Source: an uncultured Lachnospiraceae bacterium (GTDB lineage Bacteria; Bacillota; Clostridia; Lachnospirales; Lachnospiraceae). From it: 64,000 bases of DNA. This document shows, one piece after another, positions 37,460 to 48,192 of the stretch. Position 1 is the stretch's first letter. Each line of letters opens with the position of its first letter. The stretch is from positions 1 to 64,000 of the forward strand of contig OMZG01000006.1 in NCBI GenBank assembly GCA_900315505.1, given 5' to 3'. The notes beneath the pieces were generated by a model. It worked only from the letters and a program-made list of their open reading frames with translations. It made no database searches and had not been told where the DNA came from. A program made the position numbers and the translations under genes.

Positions 37460-38659
37460 TTATTTCATCCTTCTTTTCTTCTTTATTTCCCTGTTCAGAT
37501 TCTCGATGGTATCCTCATCTATGCCATTCATCTCGTAGTAAGACTTCTTTATATTCCTGCTTCTGATACGGAGCAGAATGATCACGACTACGGCAGCTGC
37601 CAGTATTACGGCGGCGATTGCAATTATAACAAGACGTCTCTGATGCTTCAGTTCAGCTTCAAGTCTCTCGTCAGCGGCGGCCTTCTCAGCGGACGAGGCA
37701 AAAGCCTCTTCCTCGGTCTTGCTGTCATCCTTTCCTACACCGGGATTGGTTTTTGCGGCAGTATTCCAGCTCTTTTTATCTATTTTCCAGCGGACGGGCG
37801 CAAAGCCCTTTACTATCAGAGTGATCTCATCGCCGTCATTTACCTGCATGTCGCTGTCGCCGAGCAGATGGATGGTGACCACATCATCGATATGACCGAC
37901 AAGGGAATTCACTACCTTTGTCGCATTGCCCTCACTGAAACGGTAAACCTCTCCGCCTGATATCTTGATGAATTTCTTCAGGTGCTGTGTCTGCTTCTTC
38001 GTCACCTTACCGACCTGCATGGCATACACGGCGATACCGCTGTTCTTCAGGGTGTCGGTCAGCTGGCGCTCGGTCATGCCGGCATCAGTGTCATCGACTC
38101 CGTCTGATACGACGATGGCGACGGTACGCATGCCCTTTGCCTTCTTTGATACGGAGATCAGCTTGTCCATTGCGGTGTAGAACTTCGTAGTCTGATCCTT
38201 TGCCTTCAGGCCCTTCAGCGCCTTCAGCGTGTCAGCCGGCCTTCTCGAACCGTCTGAGATGACCTTTACCTTATCACCGAAGGTGATCACAGCCAGCTTG
38301 TCATCTGAGCCCATGCCATCTGCAATCCTGGATATGGACCTTATAGCTGCGTCGAGTGATGACTGCGGGATCGAGCCGGATATATCGAGAAGAAAGGCAT
38401 AGAAAATACCGTCTGTGTCGCGATCCTGTGCCTTCACTGAATCCACATCAAAGGTGTAGCTTCCGACCGTTGCCGACACATCATCCTTCGTGATGCCGGA
38501 CATATCTACACCATCGGAATATACATAGAAGTCCATGTCCGGAGGCGACAGCTGCACCTGCTCTACGGTAAGGGATTCTGCCGCCATTGCAGGAACGCAT
38601 GAGGCTGTCACAAATAATATACATAGAAAAAAAGCCAGTGCACTGAATAATTTCTTCAT
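37460..38659 (-). CDS. Secreted, membrane-anchored VWA-domain protein
   Basis: Signal peptide, MIDAS-like LLDISGSI, a C-terminal TM helix and a basic tail. Confidence 0.65.
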   Translation of the reverse strand: MKKLFSALAFFLCILFVTASCVPAMAAESLTVEQVQLSPPDMDFYVYSDGVDMSGITKDDVSATVGSYTFDVDSVKAQDRDTDGIFYAFLLDISGSIPQSSLDAAIRSISRIADGMGSDDKLAVITFGDKVKVISDGSRRPADTLKALKGLKAKDQTTKFYTAMDKLISVSKKAKGMRTVAIVVSDGVDDTDAGMTERQLTDTLKNSGIAVYAMQVGKVTKKQTQHLKKFIKISGGEVYRFSEGNATKVVNSLVGHIDDVVTIHLLGDSDMQVNDGDEITLIVKGFAPVRWKIDKKSWNTAAKTNPGVGKDDSKTEEEAFASSAEKAAADERLEAELKHQRRLVIIAIAAVILAAAVVVIILLRIRSRNIKKSYYEMNGIDEDTIENLNREIKKKRRMK

Positions 38660-39963
38660 TGATCAAGAACCTCTCTGATGCTGCGCAGGACTAAATCCTT
38701 CTCAAATGGCTTCGTAATGAACTGCTTTGCTCCGAGCTTAAGAGCCTCGACGACCTTTGACTGCTGGCCTGCGGCCGTGATCATGATGACCTTCTGGTCA
38801 GGATCGATATCGAGGATCCTCTTCAGACATTCGACTCCGTCCATCTCTGGCATTGTGATATCAAGGGTGATGAGGTCAGGGAAATTGTCGTGGAAGATTT
38901 CGACTGCCTCCCGACCATTAGTAGCCTCTGCAATGACCGAGTAGCCATTCCTCTCGAGCAGATCCTTCAGTACAGTCCTTGCCATGTGCGAGTCATCGAC
39001 TATCATGACTGAGGCCCTGCTGTCATCAGCCAGCTGATATACCTGCTTGGTATTTGATTCGAACTCGAACCTCGTCTGCCCCGGAGTGATATCCTGGTCT
39101 GCGATGACCAGGGTTATTGGCTGCTCCTCTATATATATTGGGAGAATGTAAAAGTCGCCTGTGACCTTCTGGTCCTGGTAAGCTTCCACAGGCTCCAGCT
39201 CGAATTCTCTGCCGGCATTCTCACTCTGGTCTGAAGCGAAAAGACCGTCATTTACATTGATGAATTCGCAGACTCCATCGAAGCTGTCTGCACTGCCTCT
39301 GGCGGCCTTCACTCCTGAGAACCTTCCTGCGACCAGCTGGAACGCCTCATCATCGGCAGATGCAGCAAGCGCTGTATAGAAGGTGCCTCGGCCTGTGATC
39401 CTCTGGCCTGCCAGACAGTGGTAGGAGAGCGACTTTGCTTTACTTATATGGCCGATATAGTAATCTCTCGTGATGAAACGGTTCACGTTCTTTATTACGA
39501 GACCGGCGATTGCCGTGACCAGAGGATTATCCGACTTTGCAAATACAGGGATCAGAGCACCGATATCATCATTCTTCAGAGCCTCCATATCCTGGTCTGT
39601 AAAGCCGTTCTCCTTCTGGCAGACAGCAAGAGTCTTCTCGATGACTCCGGCCGACAGCCCTGCGCTCTGCGTGATCGATTCTACAAACTGCATGTACGGA
39701 TTCCCCTGCTTCGCAAGCAGGGTACCGATCTGATCATCAGTGAGCAGTCCCATTTCTACTGCGATATCTCCGAAACGCTTGTCTTGCTGCATCTGCAGGC
39801 GGTTGATATCATCTACCTGCTCCTCGGTGAGCAGCCCCTCTGTGATGGCGATGGTGCCCAGCTTTACCCTTACCTTCAGCTGGTTCTCGATCGTCGCCCT
39901 GTACTCATCCGGGGTGATGATTCTCTTATCTACGAGATAGTGTCCGAATAACTGGGAAAACAT
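38656..39963 (-). CDS. Response regulator with a C-terminal REC domain and N-terminal T2SSE_N/MshEN-like repeats
   Basis: C-terminal VMIVDDSHMAR...DITMPEMDG is a CheY-like receiver. The N-terminus has two LG-I-E-LLTEEQ-type repeats. Overlaps the VWA gene by 4 nt. Confidence 0.6.
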   Translation of the reverse strand: MFSQLFGHYLVDKRIITPDEYRATIENQLKVRVKLGTIAITEGLLTEEQVDDINRLQMQQDKRFGDIAVEMGLLTDDQIGTLLAKQGNPYMQFVESITQSAGLSAGVIEKTLAVCQKENGFTDQDMEALKNDDIGALIPVFAKSDNPLVTAIAGLVIKNVNRFITRDYYIGHISKAKSLSYHCLAGQRITGRGTFYTALAASADDEAFQLVAGRFSGVKAARGSADSFDGVCEFINVNDGLFASDQSENAGREFELEPVEAYQDQKVTGDFYILPIYIEEQPITLVIADQDITPGQTRFEFESNTKQVYQLADDSRASVMIVDDSHMARTVLKDLLERNGYSVIAEATNGREAVEIFHDNFPDLITLDITMPEMDGVECLKRILDIDPDQKVIMITAAGQQSKVVEALKLGAKQFITKPFEKDLVLRSIREVLDQ

Positions 39964-40066
39964 AGCGCTCCCTCCTTTTTATAAACAGAATCTATTCTTA
40001 TTCTACTATAATAGAAGGGAAAAATAAAGAGCTGCGGACAAATATATCCGCAACTCCTGAATGTAC

Positions 40067-40139
40067 TGAGGCACGCGGGATTTGAACCCGCGACAACTTG
40101 ATTAAAAGTCAAGTGCTCTACCAACTGAGCTAGTACCCC
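40067..40139 (-). tRNA. tRNA-Lys(UUU)
   Basis: Cloverleaf can be drawn. Anticodon loop CTTTTAA, T-loop TTCAAAT. Confidence 0.85.
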
Positions 40140-40162
40140 GCGATAGATACATAACCCCGTAA

Positions 40163-40234
40163 CTGGGCCAGCCGGATTCGAACCGGCGAATGCAGGAATC
40201 AAAATCCTGTGCCTTACCGCTTGGCGATAGCCCA
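40163..40234 (-). tRNA. tRNA-Gln(UUG)
   Basis: TGGGCTATCGCCAAGCGGTAAGGC... with anticodon loop TTTTGAT. Confidence 0.85.
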
Positions 40235-40269
40235 ACGAATCCAACTGATATATAGAAATGATAGTAAAG

Positions 40270-40344
40270 GGTGGATAAAGGGATTCGAACCCTTGGCCTC
40301 CAGAGCCACAATCTGGCGCGCTAACCAGCTGCGCTATACCCACC
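40270..40344 (-). tRNA. tRNA-His(GUG) with encoded G-1
   Basis: Anticodon loop TTGTGGC. An extra 5' G pairs with discriminator C. Confidence 0.85.
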
Positions 40345-40424
40345 ACGTCGCTGCGAACTCCGCTGCGTCTCCTTTTCCCTACGAGGGCACCCTCGTGGGA
40401 ACCCCAGGACCTGCTGCCTGGTAA

Positions 40425-40498
<74 letters not shown>

Positions 40499-40524
40499 AC
40501 ATAAATGCATGTAAACATTTAAAA

Positions 40525-40595
40525 AGCAGGTGATGAGAATCGAACTCACGTATCCAGCTTGGAAGGCTGGTGTTCTACCATTGAACTACACCTGC
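40525..40595 (-). tRNA. tRNA-Gly(UCC)
   Basis: GCAGGTGTAGTTCAATGGTAGAAC..., anticodon loop CTTCCAA. Confidence 0.85.
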
Positions 40596-40600
40596 GTAAA

Positions 40601-40674
40601 TCGAGGTGACAGGATTCGAACCTGCGACCCCCTGGTCCCAAACCAGGTGCTCTAGCCAAACTGAGCCACACCTC
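40601..40674 (-). tRNA. tRNA-Pro(UGG)
   Basis: Anticodon loop TTTGGGA, acceptor stem CGAGGTG/CACCTCG. Confidence 0.85.
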
Positions 40675-40709
40675 GATATGTAATTCGTTTCTTCCGAAAC
40701 GCAAGTAAC

Positions 40710-40738
40710 AGTATATAACAACATAGAGGCCTTGTCAA
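40710..40738 (-). promoter_or_regulatory. Sigma70 promoter for the tRNA operon
   Basis: Minus strand reads TTGACA, a 17-nt spacer, then TATACT, about 30 nt upstream of the tRNA-Pro 5' end. Confidence 0.45.
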
Positions 40739-40865
40739 GCACAAATTTAAAATTCGAGAAAATAGAATTGTAGTTCTACTACATAGCAGATTTCGAATAT
40801 CTCGAATATATATGAGTATTCTTTTGCTGTAACCATTTTTTCAAGAAAGAAGGAAAGGAGCAGCA

Positions 40866-41282
40866 ATGGGTATTTTCAAGGAGACAGACTCGAAGGAGAC
40901 TATGGAGGAGAAGAAGGAGAAGGAGGCGAAGAGAATTGAGCGTACTTTCGCAGACAGGCTCGAGCAGGTGCTTCTCGAACGTGATCTGAGCAAGAAAAAG
41001 TTTGCACAGAGCATAGGCATTGCACCGAATACCCTGAGTGGTTATCTGACGGGCCAGCATTCACCGGATCTCGTGACCTTTGACATTATATGCCGGCAGC
41101 TTGATGTGAGTGCCGACTACATGCTTGGGCGCAGCGACAACCCGAATGTCGACAAGGGACACACATCTAATGAGAATGAGCTGCTGTCCTTTTACAGGCT
41201 CATATCATCAAAGTACCAGAACCAGGTCATTGGTGAAGTCAGGGGAATTGCCAAGCTTGAGAACAGGCTTAACCGAAAATAA
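40866..41282 (+). CDS. XRE-family helix-turn-helix transcriptional regulator
   Basis: HTH region LSKKKFAQSIGIAPNTLSGYLTG. 138 aa. Confidence 0.7.
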   Translation: MGIFKETDSKETMEEKKEKEAKRIERTFADRLEQVLLERDLSKKKFAQSIGIAPNTLSGYLTGQHSPDLVTFDIICRQLDVSADYMLGRSDNPNVDKGHTSNENELLSFYRLISSKYQNQVIGEVRGIAKLENRLNRK

Positions 41283-41372
41283 GGCGTTCCTAACAAAAAC
41301 TCTTGAAAAACGATATTCAATCTGCTAAACTAATAGAGGAACGAAAAATCCGGATTATATTAAAATTCTTAA

Positions 41373-42677
<1,305 letters not shown>

Positions 42678-42726
42678 ATGCTTGACTATCATCTCATGAA
42701 AAGTTAACATATTACGCAGAGTGTAC

Positions 42727-42786
42727 GAGAGCGCACGAAGGGGCACACCACCTTGGGTGTGAGTCCTTTCGTGCGCTCTTTTTTAC
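42727..42786 (+). terminator. Intrinsic terminator of eno
   Basis: GAGAGCGCACGAAGG...CCTTTCGTGCGCTCT followed by T6. Confidence 0.6.
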
Positions 42787-42789
42787 GCG

Positions 42790-42935
42790 TAATAAATGAG
42801 CGGTGCTGAAATGGAATATCGGTGCCGGCGGACGCTTGCGTACGCATAGGCGGCCGATATTCCATTTCAATAGCGCGAACGCGCGAATGAGCACGAAGCG
42901 AAGCGGAGTGCGAATCGCACCGCTCATACACTAAA
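42790..42935. repeat. Long inverted-repeat element, copy A
   Basis: ATGAGCGGTGC...GCACCGCTCAT encloses GAAATGGAATATCGG...CCGATATTCCATTTC. Shares GCCGCCTATGCGT (as reverse complement) with copy B. Confidence 0.4.
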
Positions 42936-42999
42936 AGGAGATGACCAATGCAGGAAGAGTATCGAAGAGATTCTGAAGGAAAGAGGACTTACAAAAGAG

Positions 43000-43113
43000 A
43001 TGGTGGCGGTGGAACTCAATGAGAAGATCCTGCCGAAGAGTGAATACGGAAGCTATGTTCCGAAAGAAAGCGATGTGATTGAAATTGTGCAGTTCATGGG
43101 TGGGGGCTGTTAA
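43000..43113 (+). CDS. thiS: Sulfur-carrier protein ThiS, apparently N-terminally truncated
   Basis: MVAVELNEKILPKSEYGSYVPKESDVIEIVQFMGGGC* matches the C-terminal half of ThiS. The frame stays open upstream to 42889 with no start codon. Confidence 0.45.
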   Translation: MVAVELNEKILPKSEYGSYVPKESDVIEIVQFMGGGC

Positions 43114-43197
43114 CTGGAGCGTCTAAGCATTAGCGAAAGCGTGCCTTGAGATGACTGCCTGCGAATGGCTGCCCGAAGGTACTTAGAAAGGAAAAGT

Positions 43198-43962
43198 ATG
43201 TCTGACACATTTAAACTGGGAGAAAAAGAATTTACGTCAAGATTCATTCTTGGCTCCGGAAAATATTCGGTTGACCTGATAAAGGCGGCCGTGAATGAGG
43301 CTCATGCACAGATCATTACGCTGAGCGTACGCAGGACAAATACACAGAAGCATGAGAATATCCTCGAGTATATTCCTGACAATGTGACTCTTCTTCCGAA
43401 CACCTCTGGTGCAAGGAATGCTGGGGAGGCTGTCAGGATCGCACATCTGGCCAGAGAGCTCGGATGCGGTGATTTTGTAAAAATCGAGATCATGGGAGAT
43501 ACGAAGTATCTGCTCCCTGACAATAATGAGACTATTAAGGCTACAGAGATCCTTGCAAAAGAAGGATTCACTGTACTTCCATATATGTATCCTGATCTGT
43601 ATGCAGCCAGAGCACTCCGCGATGCCGGTGCTGCAGCCGTTATGCCGCTTGCATCACCGATTGGCTCGAACAGAGGTCTTTCTACGAAGGAATTCATCCA
43701 GATCCTTATCGATGAGATTGATCTTCCGGTCATTGTAGATGCCGGAATCGGCAAGCCGTCAGAGGCTGCTGCCGCAATGGAGATGGGTGCTGCTGCCGTA
43801 ATGAGCAACACCGCCATCGCCACCTCAGAGAACATTCCTCTGATGGCAAGTGCTTTTGCAGAGGCAATAAGCGCTGGCCGTAAGGCATTCCTCGCCGGTA
43901 CCGGACGTGTGCTCGAGCGTGGTGCAGAGTCGAGTGATCCGTTGCTTGGATTTTTAAGGTAA
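43198..43962 (+). CDS. thiG: Thiazole synthase
   Basis: [12 protein letters not shown] start, then ...IMGD..LLPD and ...[19 protein letters not shown] precedes the ATG at 43198. Confidence 0.9.
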   Translation: MSDTFKLGEKEFTSRFILGSGKYSVDLIKAAVNEAHAQIITLSVRRTNTQKHENILEYIPDNVTLLPNTSGARNAGEAVRIAHLARELGCGDFVKIEIMGDTKYLLPDNNETIKATEILAKEGFTVLPYMYPDLYAARALRDAGAAAVMPLASPIGSNRGLSTKEFIQILIDEIDLPVIVDAGIGKPSEAAAAMEMGAAAVMSNTAIATSENIPLMASAFAEAISAGRKAFLAGTGRVLERGAESSDPLLGFLR

Positions 43963-44050
43963 TAGGATATAGGATATAGGATATAGGATATAGGATATAG
44001 GGGATAGGAATTGATAAACCCTAACCCCTAACCCCTACCCCCTAACCCCT
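43963..44050 (+). repeat. Tandem-repeat hairpin (TAGGATA)5..GGGGATAGG with a (CCCTAAC)n telomere-like arm
   Basis: Same repeat family as 15163-15234. The C-rich arm is CCCTAACCCCTAACCCCTACCCCCTAACCCC. Confidence 0.5.
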
Positions 44051-44070
44051 CTAAATACAAAGGATACAAA

Positions 44071-45324
44071 ATGAAAAACCAATTTTACGTTGATGGCAAG
44101 CAGCTGAGTGGTGCTGCGCTTAAGAGAAAGCATGAGCTTGAGACTGATCCGTCCACAAGAACGGACTGTATGAAGTTCATGCCGGGTATGGACCAGATCG
44201 ATCCGACTATCAGGAATACCGTGCTTGATCAGATGAATTCATATGATTATGACAAGTACACGGATATGGATGTGCGAAGAGCGCTCAGGAAAAGAAGGAT
44301 AGATGTCGAGGATTTCAAGGCACTTCTGTCTCCGGCAGCTTTTCCACATCTGAATGAGATGGCAGAGCGGGCGAGATACGAGACTGCCAGACAGTTCGGC
44401 AATACGGTGTATATGTTTACACCGCTTTATATCGCAAACTACTGCGAGAACTACTGTATCTACTGCGGGTTCAACTGCTACAATGATATCCACAGGAAGC
44501 AGCTCGACAAGGACGAGATCCGTCACGAGATGGAGGTCATTGCAAAGACAGGCATTGAAGAAATCCTGATCCTTACCGGTGAGAGCAAAAAGAAGAGCTC
44601 CATTGAGTATATCGGTGAGGCCTGCAAGCTTGCAAAGGAATATTTCAGGAATGTAAGCCTTGAGGTCTATCCAGCCAATATAAAGGATTACAGGTACTGG
44701 CATGAATGCGGAGCCGACTATGTGACAGTTTTCCAGGAGACATATGATGCGAAAAAATATGAGACTCTGCATCTGTTAGGCCACAAGAGAATTTTCCCAT
44801 ACAGATTCGAGGCACAGGAAAGAGCAATCATGGGCGGCATGAGAGGAGTTGGCTTCTCAGCACTCCTTGGACTCTCTGATTTCAGAAAGGATGCGCTTGC
44901 AACGGGACTTCATGTATATTATCTCCAGAGAAAATATCCGTGGGTCGAGTATTCCCTGTCCTGCCCGCGTCTTCGCCCGATCATCAATAATGAGAAGATC
45001 AATCCTCTCGATGTAGGCGAGGCACAGCTGACACAGATACTGTGTGCATACAGGATCTTCCTTCCTTTTGCTGGAATAGTGGTAAGCTCCCGTGAGACAA
45101 AGCGTTTCAGAAACGGCATTGTAAAGATAGCAGCTACAAAGGTATCAGCCGGCGTATCTACCGGAATCGGCGACCATGAGGCCAAGTACACCCATACCGA
45201 GGAAGAGGGTACAGGTGACGAGCAGTTTGAGATAGCTGATACCAGATCATTTGACGATATGTATGGCGACCTCGAAGGCGAGGGAATGCAGCCTGTCACC
45301 AATGACTATGTATATGTAGGCTGA
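44071..45324 (+). CDS. thiH: 2-iminoacetate synthase (radical SAM) with acidic C-terminal extension
   Basis: CENYCIYCGF radical-SAM cysteine triad. Sits in thiS-thiG context. 417 aa. Confidence 0.8.
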   Translation: MKNQFYVDGKQLSGAALKRKHELETDPSTRTDCMKFMPGMDQIDPTIRNTVLDQMNSYDYDKYTDMDVRRALRKRRIDVEDFKALLSPAAFPHLNEMAERARYETARQFGNTVYMFTPLYIANYCENYCIYCGFNCYNDIHRKQLDKDEIRHEMEVIAKTGIEEILILTGESKKKSSIEYIGEACKLAKEYFRNVSLEVYPANIKDYRYWHECGADYVTVFQETYDAKKYETLHLLGHKRIFPYRFEAQERAIMGGMRGVGFSALLGLSDFRKDALATGLHVYYLQRKYPWVEYSLSCPRLRPIINNEKINPLDVGEAQLTQILCAYRIFLPFAGIVVSSRETKRFRNGIVKIAATKVSAGVSTGIGDHEAKYTHTEEEGTGDEQFEIADTRSFDDMYGDLEGEGMQPVTNDYVYVG

Positions 45325-45452
45325 GTCGCAACAACTGAATAAATTCAAAAACTTTTATGAAACCTCTTTATTTTTTTGCAGTTATGTGAGAAAATACAAG
45401 AGGTTTTGACATAAGTCGGACTTCAAAAGTATGTATGTGGAAGGAGATCGTA

Positions 45453-46145
45453 ATGATTTACACAACCGAAGTGGAGAACATGTGCCCGGTTGCTAAGGGC
45501 GCAAAGCATGAGCCGGCTCCAATCCCTGAAGAGGGTAAGTGGGTCCATGCCAAGAAGATCGAGGATATCTCAGGCTTTACTCATGGAGTAGGCTGGTGTG
45601 CTCCTCAGCAGGGATGCTGCAAGCTTTCTCTGAATATCAAGAATGGCATTATTGAGGAAGCTCTTATCGAGACAGTAGGATGTTCAGGAATGACTCATTC
45701 AGCAGCAATGGCAGCAGAGATCCTTCAGGGCAAGACAATTCTTGAGGCTCTGAATACAGACCTTGTATGTGATGCCATCAATACAGCTATGAGAGAGCTC
45801 TTCCTTCAGATCGTGTATGGCCGTTCACAGTCAGCATTTTCAGATAACGGACTTTCAGTTGGCGCAGGTCTTGAGGACCTTGGTAAGGGACTTCGTTCAC
45901 AGGTCGGCACAATGTACGGCACCAAGGCAAAGGGTGTTCGTTACCTTGAGATGACAGAGGGCTATGTCACAGAGATGGCACTCGATGAGAACGACGAAGT
46001 AATCGGATACAAGTATGTCAACCTCGGTAAGATGACCGACTTCATTAAGAAGGGTGATGATCCTAATACAGCCTGGGAGAAGGCTAAGGGTCAGTATGGC
46101 CGTATTGATGATGCAGTGAAGTTTATCGATCCACGTAAAGAGTGA
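45453..46145 (+). CDS. NifU/IscU-like Fe-S scaffold-domain protein
   Basis: TVGCSGMTHSAAMAAEILQGKT resembles the IscU GCGSAIASSS region. AAGGAG RBS precedes the ATG at 45453. Confidence 0.55.
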   Translation: MIYTTEVENMCPVAKGAKHEPAPIPEEGKWVHAKKIEDISGFTHGVGWCAPQQGCCKLSLNIKNGIIEEALIETVGCSGMTHSAAMAAEILQGKTILEALNTDLVCDAINTAMRELFLQIVYGRSQSAFSDNGLSVGAGLEDLGKGLRSQVGTMYGTKAKGVRYLEMTEGYVTEMALDENDEVIGYKYVNLGKMTDFIKKGDDPNTAWEKAKGQYGRIDDAVKFIDPRKE

Positions 46146-46175
46146 TCATTTTTAGAATAAAGAAAGGAGACTATA

Positions 46176-47186
46176 ATGGCTTTATTCGAAAATTATGAGG
46201 CCAGGATCGATCAGATCAATGCCACATTAAATAAATACGGAATCAAGGATATAAAGGAAGCAGAGAAGGTTACTAAGGATGCCGGACTTGATGTATATCA
46301 TCAGGTAGAGGGAATCCAGGGTATCTGCTTCGAGAATGCAAAGTGGGCATACACAGTTGGCGCAGCCATCGCCATCAAGAAGGGATGCCGTCGTGCAGCA
46401 GATGCAGCAGCAGCTATCGGAGAAGGACTTCAGTCATTCTGTATTCCTGGATCAGTTGCTGACCACCGTAAGGTAGGTCTTGGACATGGTAATCTCGGCA
46501 AGATGCTCCTCGAGGAGGATACAGAGTGCTTCTGTTTCCTTGCTGGACATGAGTCATTCGCAGCAGCAGAGGGTGCCATCGGTATCGCAAATAATGCCAA
46601 TAAGGTACGTAAAAAGCCTCTTCGTGTAATCTTAAACGGACTCGGCAAGGATGCAGCTCAGATCATCAGCCGTATCAACGGATTCACATTCGTAGAGACT
46701 CAGTACGACTACAAGAACGCCAAGCTCAATATCGTAAGCGAGACACCATATTCCAAGGGCGACCGCGCCAAGGTAAGATGCTATGGCGCAGATGATGTTC
46801 AGGAAGGTGTTGCCATCATGTGGCATGAGAACGTTGGAGTATCAATCACTGGTAACTCAACGAACCCTACACGTTTCCAGCATCCGGTAGCAGGTACATA
46901 CAAGAAGGAGCGTATTGAGGCTGGCAAGCCATACTTCTCAGTAGCATCAGGCGGCGGCACAGGACGTACACTCCATCCTGATAATATGGCAGCAGGTCCG
47001 GCTTCATATGGTATGACAGATACTATGGGACGTATGCATTCAGATGCTCAGTTCGCTGGATCTTCATCAGTTCCTGCTCACGTAGAGATGATGGGACTTA
47101 TCGGAATGGGCAACAACCCTATGGTTGGCGCAACAGTTGCAGTAGCAGTTTCTGTAGAAGAAGCAGCAAAGGCTGGCAAGTTCTGA
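46176..47186 (+). CDS. GGGtGRT-motif protein
   Basis: Contains SGGGTGRTLHP and several CxxC and His motifs. Usually paired with the preceding NifU-like gene. Confidence 0.65.
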   Translation: MALFENYEARIDQINATLNKYGIKDIKEAEKVTKDAGLDVYHQVEGIQGICFENAKWAYTVGAAIAIKKGCRRAADAAAAIGEGLQSFCIPGSVADHRKVGLGHGNLGKMLLEEDTECFCFLAGHESFAAAEGAIGIANNANKVRKKPLRVILNGLGKDAAQIISRINGFTFVETQYDYKNAKLNIVSETPYSKGDRAKVRCYGADDVQEGVAIMWHENVGVSITGNSTNPTRFQHPVAGTYKKERIEAGKPYFSVASGGGTGRTLHPDNMAAGPASYGMTDTMGRMHSDAQFAGSSSVPAHVEMMGLIGMGNNPMVGATVAVAVSVEEAAKAGKF

Positions 47187-47204
47187 TAATTTTTTAAAAG
47201 AATA

Positions 47205-47240
47205 AGAGACGCCACTCACCTTGTTATGAGGTGGGTGGTT
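47205..47240 (+). terminator. Intrinsic terminator
   Basis: GCCACTCACC...GGTGGGTGG followed by T6. Confidence 0.5.
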
Positions 47241-47300
47241 TTTTGTTGTAAGAATTCATAAGAAATGATATATTAGAAAAAACGAAAAGGATCTAGTCTT

Positions 47301-47972
47301 ATGAGAGTCATCTGTATTACAAATCACGACCTTCTGCCTGACCAGAAGATGGCAGAGATGTCGTACAAGGCGTGGAGAGATACATATGTTGATGCTATAG
47401 ACGGGATTGCAGCCTGCCATCCACAAGCCATAGTGCTTCGTGAAAAACTGCTCTCAGGCATTGATTACACCAATCTGTATGAGGCGGTGCTGAGAAAGAC
47501 TGCAGCAGAGGATACTTTCATCATCTGGCATGATCATTATGAGGCTCTGCGGCTGTTCATGAGATTTCACAGGAGAGAAGAGTGGCCACTGGAGGCCTTT
47601 TTTTCGGGGAGAGAGGCGAAAGCCATGACAGGGGCGGACTTCAGGGAGCTGAAGCGGGAAGGGATAAGGTATGGCCTGCCCTGCCACAGTATGATAGAGC
47701 TCTCCGATGCCGTGCGCTCCGATGCGGATTTCATCGCGGCCAGTCATATCTTTGAGACGGAGTGCAAGAGAGGAAGGAAACCGAAGGGGACGGAGTTCCT
47801 CAGAGAAATAACGGGAGTCACGGATATACCGGTCATTGCGCTTGGCGGGATTAATACGGCAAATGCCGTTTCCTGCACAGAGGCAGGGGCAGCAGGGGTA
47901 GCTGTAATGTCGCTTGCGATGAGAGAAGACAAGAGCGCATTAAGGGAGCTTGTTGAAATGCAGGGCTCCTGA
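47301..47972 (+). CDS. thiE: Thiamine-phosphate synthase family protein (ThiE/TenI-like)
   Basis: TIM-barrel C-terminus PVIALGGINTANA...AAGVAVMS. 223 aa. Confidence 0.65.
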   Translation: MRVICITNHDLLPDQKMAEMSYKAWRDTYVDAIDGIAACHPQAIVLREKLLSGIDYTNLYEAVLRKTAAEDTFIIWHDHYEALRLFMRFHRREEWPLEAFFSGREAKAMTGADFRELKREGIRYGLPCHSMIELSDAVRSDADFIAASHIFETECKRGRKPKGTEFLREITGVTDIPVIALGGINTANAVSCTEAGAAGVAVMSLAMREDKSALRELVEMQGS

Positions 47973-48065
47973 GATCTGACATAATATTCAGAAAATTACG
48001 ACTTCCACACTTTTTTCAATTTACCCCTTTTATTATTATCACGAATGTATTATCATATAACCCGT

Positions 48066-48114
48066 ACACAACATCTAGTGTTTTTGCAGTGAGAACACAA
48101 CTACACTTAGTTGT
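48066..48114 (+). promoter_or_regulatory. Tandem NrdR-box-like palindromes upstream of nrdD
   Basis: ACACAACATCTAGTGT and ACACAACTACACTTAGTTGT, centres ~31 bp apart. Confidence 0.5.
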
Positions 48115-48192
48115 TGCATGAATCCACAAAGAATAGGTTCCGGCGGGGTTATAGAAGAACTCATAGGAGCGAGGGAAGGAAGTTTACATTTA

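Noticed and set aside
39930-40346. 138-aa and 69-aa minus-strand ORFs over the tRNA cluster
   Set aside because: They run through four tRNA genes and are artefacts of tRNA sequence.
42704-42931. Two minus-strand ORFs inside the eno-thiS structured element
   Set aside because: They lie within a palindromic non-coding element and the eno terminator, and have no RBS.
42680-43200. TPP riboswitch upstream of thiS/thiG
   Set aside because: The conserved CTGAGA plus ACCTGATCTGGATAATGCCAGCGTAGGGAA cores are not found on either strand.
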